DNA from: Bacteroidota bacterium
Lineage (GTDB): Bacteria; Bacteroidota; Bacteroidia; Bacteroidales; VadinHA17
Direction of reading: 5' to 3'
NCBI GenBank assembly: GCA_012729475.1
Contig: JAAYDB010000068.1
Span: 23,697-87,696, forward strand
DNA length: 64,000 nt
Part shown: positions 9,101-16,725 of the stretch, in pieces
Position numbering within the stretch: the stretch's first letter is position 1
Layout: every line of letters begins with the position of its first letter
Notes under the pieces: model-generated
Seen by the model: only the letters and a program-made list of their open reading frames with translations
What the model was told of the DNA's origin: nothing
The model's database searches: none
Made by a program: the position numbers and the translations under genes

Positions 9101-10863
9101 TCAGGTATTTCAGCAAGCCGGTTTTCTATTTGGGTAACAACAGCATCTGTTCCTGAAAGGGTTGATCCGGCTGGCATTGTTACAGAGAGTCTGAAGCTGG
9201 GAGTATCAATCTCACGGGGATTATTCAGGCTTAGGGTAAGGCTTATAAGAAGGGCAGAAAAAAACAATACGAGAGTCCCTATTATAGTAACTGCAGGATG
9301 TCTCATGCTGGCCTTTAGCACAAGACTGTATGCCTGTATCAGTCTGTTGTGAACAGAGAGCTTCTGATAGATTTGCGACTTGCCGTTTTTGCTCTTGGAA
9401 AGGAGGAAATAGGTAGCCATAGGGATGAGGAGCAGAGCTGTAAGAAGGGATATTAACAGAGTAGAAATAATTGATACACTGATATTTCTTATGACCAGTT
9501 TTATGGCAAAGTTTGAAGAAAAAACAAAAGGGAGAAAAATGATGAGTGTAGTTAGTGTTGCAGCAAATATTGATCTCCGTACTTCGGTACTCCCCTGTTT
9601 TACCGCCGTTTCATTGCTAAAACCATCCCCGGCCAGACGGTAAACATTTTCAAGTACCACCACAGAATTGTCAACAAGCATACCTATTGCAAGAGCCATT
9701 CCTACAAGGGTCAGACTGTTGATTGTTATACCTGCAGCATAGAAGAAATTGAACGCAGTATATACAGATACAGGAATTGAGATGGCAATGATTGATACCA
9801 GTCTTAAGTTTCTCAGGAAAAACCAAAGGATCAGTACAGCCAGTAATCCTCCTGCCAGAGCAAGATTAATAATCTCACTGATGTTTTTCTCCATTAATTC
9901 TGCACTGTTGTTCTGAACAACGATCATGACATCCATAGACTTCATTTGGCCGTTCAGTATATCTATTTGTTCAAGAGTTCTGTGGGACAGATCAATCAGA
10001 TTAGCCTGGTTGTCATTTACCAGAGTCATTGTAACGGCATCCATTCCGTTGACACGACTATAAGACTCTTCCTGTCTGACACCAAAAACAATTTGGGCTA
10101 TATCGCGAAGTAGAACAGGGCCCTCCTGCTTAACTGTGATATTCCCGATATCACCTACATCAGTATATTCAGAGCTTATGTTAACAAATAATTCTCTGTC
10201 GATACCTGAAATTTTACCTGCAAAGATTTTTTCCCTGCTATTGTCATTCAGGAGGCCTGCAACCTGATTCATGCTTATTCCGTAAGCTTTACATGCTTTG
10301 CGATCAAGTCTTACCTCTATCGAGTTTTCCTGTCCTCCATATACTTCAACATCAGCTATCCCGTCAATATTCTGCAGTTCAGGACGTATTTCGCGATCCA
10401 CAATATTACGTATCCTGTTAACACCGCCTTCACCCCGTACCTGCAGTTCCATAAACTGATTTGTCAGTTGTCTTATATCAATTTTAACTACATTGATTTG
10501 AAAATTATCAGGTATTGTTGTTTTTACAAGAGCAATTTTCTCCTGCAGTTTCAGGTAGGCATATTTGAGATTTGCTTTTTGATTATAATAAACAGTGATT
10601 ATTCCGTATCTTGATGTAATTGTGGTCTCCAGTTTTTCTATGCCTTCCAGTGTGCCTACCGCACCTTCAACCGGAATAACTGCCTGTTTCTCCATATAGT
10701 CCGGGTCCGTCTCGGTCATGGGAAGTATCTGTACAAAAAGTGCAGGGAACTCTGTATTGGGAAGCAGTTCCACAGGCAGCCTTTTGTATGATACATACCC
10801 CAGCATAGTAAGCCCTGCAAAAAGCATCACGATAAGAATTCTTCTTTTCAGGATAAAGTCCAT
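6139..10863 (-). CDS. RND efflux permease (AcrB-like) fused through extra TM helices to a C-terminal ABC-transporter ATP-binding domain
   Basis: Continuous ORF. The N-terminal roughly 1060 aa are typical RND: [35 protein letters not shown]..., TM4 [16 protein letters not shown], TM10 [14 protein letters not shown]. The C-terminal part has Walker A [12 protein letters not shown] (about 6883..6906), signature YSGGMKQR, Walker B LVVDEPT and H-loop STHI. I prefer ATG 10863 (MDFILKRR) over the track's GTG 10956, which overlaps the upstream gene by 74 nt. Confidence 0.85.
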   Translation of the reverse strand: [1574 protein letters not shown]

Positions 10864-10882
10864 AGTCTTATTTTCCGTGGAG

Positions 10883-13800
10883 TTAACAGTTGAGATTTGT
10901 TTCTTTTCTTTTCCCGGTAATCCAGGCACTGAAACTGTCAAGGAGCCAGTAGACACATGGTATAACCATTAAAGTGAGCAATGTTGATGATAACAAACCT
11001 CCTATAACTGCAAGAGCCATGGGAGATCGTAGTGATGCGCTCTCACCTATACCCAGAGTCAGGGGAAAAAGAGCAAGGATCGTTGTAAGGCTTGTCATGA
11101 TAATAGGTCTGATCCTCTGGGCTCCGGCTGTTACAATAGCTTCTTTACGGCCCATACCGTTATCTCTTAGCTGATTTATCCGGTCAATGAGTATTATGGC
11201 ATTATTCACCGCAATACCACCCAACATTATAATGCCGATGTAAGCCATCATATTGAGGGTCTTATTGAGAAGGAAAAAGGTCAGGATTGTTCCGACACCA
11301 GCCAGAGGTATGGTAAGCATGATAATGAACGGTTGAATGATGGATTCAAACTGTGCCGAAAGGACCATAAAGACCAGTATAAGAGAAAGCATCAGTGCAA
11401 AAGAAAGATTGGACATCGATTCTTTTCTCTTTAGTTCTTCTCCGGTAAATTCCATTTTGTAATCTGCCGGAAGAGATATTCCGCTGACCGCTGTTCGTGC
11501 CTGCCTTATAACTTTATCGAGAGGAAAATCGTCATTTATATCTGCATACAGATAACTGGTTCTGTTCTGATTTCTTCGTGTTATCTCTCTTGGAGAAAGG
11601 ATAATATTTATTTCTGCAAGTTCGCTCAGAGGCACTTTTACATTTCCGGCTGTTATCATCAGATCTTTTAACTGATTAAGAGATATATCCTGCAGTTTTA
11701 TACTAATGTCCTTCATTTCTCCATCTTCCTCGAAGCTTCCTGCAATGGGACCTTCCAGGTAGTTTTTTACCTGGCTGGTTATATTTTCAGCTGTCACATT
11801 ATAATAGCTGGCTTTAAAGCGGTCGATTGCAATCTCAATTTCAGGAAGGCCTTCATCCATAGATGAACTAAAGTTGAAAAGTCCGGGAGAATCGTTAAGC
11901 AGGGAGTCAGCTTCACGTATTATTTTCCCGAGGACAGAGTAATCATTTCCGGCTACCTCAAGGATAAAAGGCGATTCAGTAATTCCCAGAGAAGCCTGTA
12001 ATGCGCTTTCTTCACGGGAAAAACTAACATCAATACCTGGGATTATCCCAAGCTGGCCATCAATAAGGCTAATGATTTTTTCAGATTCAGAAGCGAAATC
12101 TTCCTTAAGTATTACTTTAAGAGAAGCGAAATTTTCTCCTCCGGTTTTTTCATCACTGGCAAAAGAGGACTTTTCGCTTTCTCCTGTCTGGGAATAGATG
12201 GTTTCCAGTGTTTCTCCTGCCATTTCTCTGATGATGTTTTCAACTCTTGTTGCAGTGCTGTAAGTCCGTTCCAGGCTGGTCCCCTGAGGCAGGGTCAGGT
12301 TGACTGTGAATTCAGCAGATTCGGTTTTTGGCATGAACTCACTTCCGAGTGACGGTATTATCAGTGCACATCCTGCAAGCAGTATTAGTGATAGTATTAC
12401 AACCAGACCTCTTTTTTTTATGACTTTCTCAAGGTAATTTTTATACCCCTTGAAATGGACAGAAGAGGAGATACCAATTTTTTTGTTTCTGTCGGAGAAA
12501 ATGGTTGATACCAGCATGGGGATAACAAGCATTGCTACAAAAAAGGAGGAAATAAGTGCAAAGGCAACTGTCCAGGCCTGGTCTTTGAACATTTCTCCTG
12601 ATGGACCCTGCAGGTAAACGATTGGAAGAAATACCACAATGGTTGTTAATGTCGAGGCAGCAATAGCTCCTCCCACCTGGCCGGTCCCGTTTATAACTGC
12701 CTCTCTTAGAGGCATCCCTTCCTCTCTTAGTCTGGTAATGTTTTCCAGTACAACAATAGCATTGTCAACCAACATCCCAGCTCCCAGGGCAAGACCCCCT
12801 AATGTCATTATGTTAAGGGTGAGATTGCTGAAATACATCAGGTTGAATGTGGCAATTATAGAAACAGGGATCGCGATACTTATTACAAGAGTTGTTCCTG
12901 CTCTTCTCAGAAAAATATACAGTACAATTATTGCCAGAATTATACCTGTGATAAGTGTATTTTTAACCTCATTAATAGCATTATGTATATATTTTCCCTG
13001 ATCCTGTATTATGATAAAGTCATATCCGGGCAAAGCTTTTTCAAGATTTTCCAGTTCTTCGATCAGGCTGCCGACTGCATCTACAGTGTTGTATTCCGGC
13101 TCTTTAAATACTGATAATCCGATACATCTTTCGCCGTTGATGGTTACTATATTGTCGGGCTCCTTATTACCCTTTCTGATAATTGCCACGTCTTTAAGGT
13201 AAACAGGGACCCTTGCAGATGCTGATGGAACAGAAGATTCCGCAGACGAAGGAGAAAATTGTGAGGCAGAGGGAACAGGGGCCGCAGATGAAGCAGATGA
13301 CGATGGCTGAATAAAGCCTACAATGATATTTTCAAGATCGTGTATATCGCTAAGCGCTGTTATACCCTTCACGGTATACCGGATACCCATATCCACTATT
13401 GATCCTCCCGAGACATTCCTGTTATATGCACTTATCCGGGTCGCGATGACGTCAGATGTGAGCCCGAATGATTCAAGAAGATAATTATTTGTTTCCACTA
13501 CAATCTCTTCTTCTTCATCTCCGGTAATTGTAATATCGGCTATCCCTTCCAGCCTGACCAGCTCATTACGTATATAATTGACGGCTACCTTACGTAATTC
13601 ATCCATATTACTTATTTTGCTGTTCCTTAATCCTATTATCATTACCGGAGAAGCATTGGGATCGTTTTGCGAGATAGTGAAATCTTCCATATCTGAATTC
13701 TGGGCAAAAGAATTGAGCTCTTTCTGAAGATCGAGAAAAGCTTCATCCATATCCTTTTTCCAGGTATATTCAACAGTAATCAGAGCAGAGCCTGTTCCGG

Positions 13801-14053
13801 AGACGGAAGATACCTGGATCACGTCACTTTGTCGCATGCAAAGGGCTTCAATGAGATCGACATAATTCTTTTCTATTTCCTCAGGAGGTTTTTCTCCGGC
13901 TGACAATTCAATATATATCCGGGGATTGTTAAGATCAGGGAAGAGGTCTGTTCCCAGCCTGCCAAAAGAGATGAATCCCAGAAGACCTATACCCAGAACC
14001 AGCATGAGTACGGTAACCGGGTATTTTACTGCAAATTGAGCAATTTTATTCAT
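10883..14053 (-). CDS. RND efflux permease (AcrB-like), paralogue A
   Basis: 1056 aa. MNKIAQFAVKYPVTVLMLVLGIGLLGFISFGRLGTDLFPDL, TM4 GAGMLVDNAIVVLENI, TM10 GGIAVNNAIILIDR. Twelve-TM plus two periplasmic-loop layout. Starts 5 nt after the adaptor gene. Confidence 0.9.
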   Translation of the reverse strand: MNKIAQFAVKYPVTVLMLVLGIGLLGFISFGRLGTDLFPDLNNPRIYIELSAGEKPPEEIEKNYVDLIEALCMRQSDVIQVSSVSGTGSALITVEYTWKKDMDEAFLDLQKELNSFAQNSDMEDFTISQNDPNASPVMIIGLRNSKISNMDELRKVAVNYIRNELVRLEGIADITITGDEEEEIVVETNNYLLESFGLTSDVIATRISAYNRNVSGGSIVDMGIRYTVKGITALSDIHDLENIIVGFIQPSSSASSAAPVPSASQFSPSSAESSVPSASARVPVYLKDVAIIRKGNKEPDNIVTINGERCIGLSVFKEPEYNTVDAVGSLIEELENLEKALPGYDFIIIQDQGKYIHNAINEVKNTLITGIILAIIVLYIFLRRAGTTLVISIAIPVSIIATFNLMYFSNLTLNIMTLGGLALGAGMLVDNAIVVLENITRLREEGMPLREAVINGTGQVGGAIAASTLTTIVVFLPIVYLQGPSGEMFKDQAWTVAFALISSFFVAMLVIPMLVSTIFSDRNKKIGISSSVHFKGYKNYLEKVIKKRGLVVILSLILLAGCALIIPSLGSEFMPKTESAEFTVNLTLPQGTSLERTYSTATRVENIIREMAGETLETIYSQTGESEKSSFASDEKTGGENFASLKVILKEDFASESEKIISLIDGQLGIIPGIDVSFSREESALQASLGITESPFILEVAGNDYSVLGKIIREADSLLNDSPGLFNFSSSMDEGLPEIEIAIDRFKASYYNVTAENITSQVKNYLEGPIAGSFEEDGEMKDISIKLQDISLNQLKDLMITAGNVKVPLSELAEINIILSPREITRRNQNRTSYLYADINDDFPLDKVIRQARTAVSGISLPADYKMEFTGEELKRKESMSNLSFALMLSLILVFMVLSAQFESIIQPFIIMLTIPLAGVGTILTFFLLNKTLNMMAYIGIIMLGGIAVNNAIILIDRINQLRDNGMGRKEAIVTAGAQRIRPIIMTSLTTILALFPLTLGIGESASLRSPMALAVIGGLLSSTLLTLMVIPCVYWLLDSFSAWITGKRKETNLNC

Positions 14054-14058
14054 GCCTG

Positions 14059-15111
14059 CTACATTACTATTTTCACTTTTGACTTGTTGCTGAGTGTCTC
14101 AAATCCACTGATGACAATACGATCGTTGATAGTCAGGCCCCTTGTGACCTCTATCTCAGTAAGATTCTCAAGCCCCGTTTCCAGAATCCTTTCTTCAGCC
14201 AGCCCTCTGTCAACAATGAAAACAGTTTTGCCTCTTTGCCGCGACAGGATAATATCTTTAGGTATAACTATTACAGAATCTTTCCGGTTAGTGACAATAT
14301 CAGCCTTGACGAACATGCCAGGCCTCAGAAGATAAGAAGAGTTATTAATCTGTATGTTGCCTTTGAATGTTCTTGAATCCGGATCAATTGCAGGTGAGAG
14401 TTGTGCAATCAGGCCTCTGACAGTATCTTCGGGAATGGTATAATTTGTCAGACGTACAGTCTGTCCGGGCCTTACAGATGAGATGTATTTTTCAGGAAGC
14501 TGCACTTCCATATACATCGTCCGATAGTCCATGATTTTTGCTATGGCTGATCCTGTTTCAACCTGTATTCCCTGTGTATAATAAGAAAGATCGACAATGA
14601 CTCCATCGATGGGAGCTACTATCATGGTTTTATCCATTTGCAGCTTTGCATTCTCAACATTCGTCTTTGCATTTTCATATTCTATACTTGCAGCCTTAAG
14701 TTCCTTGAGGGTTACTCCACCTTTTTCATACAGAGATTCCTGTTTCCTTAGCTCACTTTCGGCAAGCTCAAGATTTAACTGATTGGTTTCAAGCTTAACC
14801 GAAAGCTCAAATTCCCTGTCTTCCAGTCTGGCTATTATTGCTCCTGCATTAACTCTGTCACCCATCTGCCAGAGCTTACCCGTTTGAGGGTTTTTTTGAA
14901 GATAATAAGATGCAGCTATTTTGGATTTAAGCTCTGTTTCACCTTTTGGATAGACAGTGCCTGTGGTATTTATAAATTCCTCAATAGAACCCGGGCGTAT
15001 TTCCTGAACAGAGACTGGTATTTCAATGTCAGGAGAAAGGTTTTGATCCTGGTTTCTGCATCCTGTAAGTACAGTAAGCGTAGCTGCAATCAGTATAATT
15101 ATTCTTTTCAT
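14059..15111 (-). CDS. Efflux RND periplasmic adaptor (membrane fusion protein), lipoprotein
   Basis: 350 aa. Lipobox LTGC in MKRIIILIAATLTVLTGCRNQ, a coiled-coil hairpin region (ELSVKLETNQLNLELAESELRKQESLYEKGGVTLKELKAASIEYENAKTNVENAKLQ), then beta-barrel-type sequence typical of HlyD/AcrA-family adaptors. Confidence 0.9.
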   Translation of the reverse strand: MKRIIILIAATLTVLTGCRNQDQNLSPDIEIPVSVQEIRPGSIEEFINTTGTVYPKGETELKSKIAASYYLQKNPQTGKLWQMGDRVNAGAIIARLEDREFELSVKLETNQLNLELAESELRKQESLYEKGGVTLKELKAASIEYENAKTNVENAKLQMDKTMIVAPIDGVIVDLSYYTQGIQVETGSAIAKIMDYRTMYMEVQLPEKYISSVRPGQTVRLTNYTIPEDTVRGLIAQLSPAIDPDSRTFKGNIQINNSSYLLRPGMFVKADIVTNRKDSVIVIPKDIILSRQRGKTVFIVDRGLAEERILETGLENLTEIEVTRGLTINDRIVISGFETLSNKSKVKIVM

Positions 15112-15187
15112 ACGTTTATTTTTTTAACGATACCTGTTTATTCTATCCTTATTAAAAAGCCCATCTTCTTTTCTTCTGTTTATTGTA

Positions 15188-16669
15188 TTATAAAGTTTTT
15201 ACCGGAGCGACTGGTTGACTCTTCTCAAAATCATAAAGGGTCTGGATCTTAAGATTCAGCAACTCAAGCTTATATGATATCAGGGCATTGGTATAGGCTA
15301 TTTGTTGTTCAGAGAGTTGGTTCTGAAAAATATTGAGGTCCATTCCTGTAAGATCACCGTTCCTGTATTTTTCCAGATTAAGATCGTAAGTCAGTTGTGC
15401 GTTGACGACATTCTGACGCGCTATCTCTATCTGATTTCGAAGATTGATAAGGTTTCTGCAAACCTGTCTGATGCCGAGGATAATGTTGTTCTGCTCCTCT
15501 TCAAAGGATATTTCTGATGCTTCGATTGATGCTTCTGATGCTTTTATCCTTGATTTTCTTTCTCCCCAGTCCCACAAGGGAATAGTGAGTGAAAGAGAGA
15601 CACTTTCATTATCTGTAGGATTATCATATATATTGGCAATGTTTCTGTTGTCACCAAACAACCCGACTGACAAGTTTAGTTGTCCCCTGAATTCATTAAG
15701 GGCTTTGGTTTGTATCAGGTTGAATTCAGCATTTTCTATATTGATCTGTCTCTGTCGCAATTCCATCCTGTTGGCAAGACCTTTATCAATGGCAAAAGCA
15801 ATATCAACATTAACGGTATCAACTGCAATGTTTGTCAAAACAATAAGATCTTCAAAGAGACTCAACCCTATCAGTATTTTGAATTCATCTTTGGCATTCT
15901 CGAAGGAAACCATACTGTTTTCGTAATTTGATTTAGAAGAAGCAAGATTAAGTTCAGCCTGAAATATTTCTTCGCGTGCCGACAGACCTGCGTCAACTTT
16001 GTTTTTTATAATATCATAACTCTTCTGCATATTCTCATAAGCCTGTTTGTCTATTTCCAGACTCTGTTGTTTCTGATAAACATTATAGAAGTAAATTGAG
16101 ACCTGTTGTTCGAGAGACAGCAGCTGAATGGCATAATTGAGTTGTGCATCTTCAAGTGCCAGTTCCAGTTCTTTTAACTGAAGGCGGGTCCTGTTATATG
16201 TAAAGAGGGGTTGTTCCAGATTCAGTGAAAGGCTGTTGCTGAATCCTGTATTGGTGGTATTTGAATACTCGCTGTAAGAATCAACATACCCGAACTTATT
16301 CATCAGAGATATTCTGGCATCAGTAAGGAGTATGGGTTGTGACACTGTAAAGACACCAAAACTTTCTGTCGTTTTGGTAGTATTCCATGCTGAAATAAGG
16401 TCGTTGAACGACCGGTCCTGACTAAAGCTTAAGGGGTTGACCGATAATGAAAACTGTGATTTCAACGATGCATTTTGTGCATTGAGATTTTCCTGATTTC
16501 TTATCAGATTCAGCCTGGTCTTTTTCATCGTGGGACTGTTTGATTCGGCAACAGCCAAAGATTCTTCAAGAGTCAGTCCTTTTTGTGCGGATATATTTAA
16601 AGAGCATGATAATAAAACTATGGCTGTTATAATAATTCCGCAGGGTTTTTTTACTAAGAATAAATTCAT
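15188..16669 (-). CDS. TolC-family outer membrane efflux protein
   Basis: Signal peptide MNLFLVKKPCGIIITAIVLLSCSLNISAQ followed by LTLEESLAVAESNSPTMKK and two repeated halves rich in coiled-coil heptads, as in OMF/TolC proteins. ATG 16669 preferred over the track's GTG 16744. Confidence 0.85.
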   Translation of the reverse strand: MNLFLVKKPCGIIITAIVLLSCSLNISAQKGLTLEESLAVAESNSPTMKKTRLNLIRNQENLNAQNASLKSQFSLSVNPLSFSQDRSFNDLISAWNTTKTTESFGVFTVSQPILLTDARISLMNKFGYVDSYSEYSNTTNTGFSNSLSLNLEQPLFTYNRTRLQLKELELALEDAQLNYAIQLLSLEQQVSIYFYNVYQKQQSLEIDKQAYENMQKSYDIIKNKVDAGLSAREEIFQAELNLASSKSNYENSMVSFENAKDEFKILIGLSLFEDLIVLTNIAVDTVNVDIAFAIDKGLANRMELRQRQINIENAEFNLIQTKALNEFRGQLNLSVGLFGDNRNIANIYDNPTDNESVSLSLTIPLWDWGERKSRIKASEASIEASEISFEEEQNNIILGIRQVCRNLINLRNQIEIARQNVVNAQLTYDLNLEKYRNGDLTGMDLNIFQNQLSEQQIAYTNALISYKLELLNLKIQTLYDFEKSQPVAPVKTL

Positions 16670-16725
16670 TATTATTTTGTTTGATAATATTAAAGATAAT
16701 AGATGACAGTATCTTTTTTGTGCTG

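Noticed and set aside
10864-10956. The track's 1605-aa version of the RND-ABC fusion ORF, which starts at GTG 10956 with MSTGSLTVSVPGLPGKEKKQISTVNSTENKT
   Set aside because: This extension overlaps the 3' end of the upstream RND gene by 74 nt and is hydrophilic junk preceding a textbook RND N-terminus (MDFILKRR...). ATG 10863, 19 nt after the upstream stop, is the better start. The fusion finding does not depend on it.
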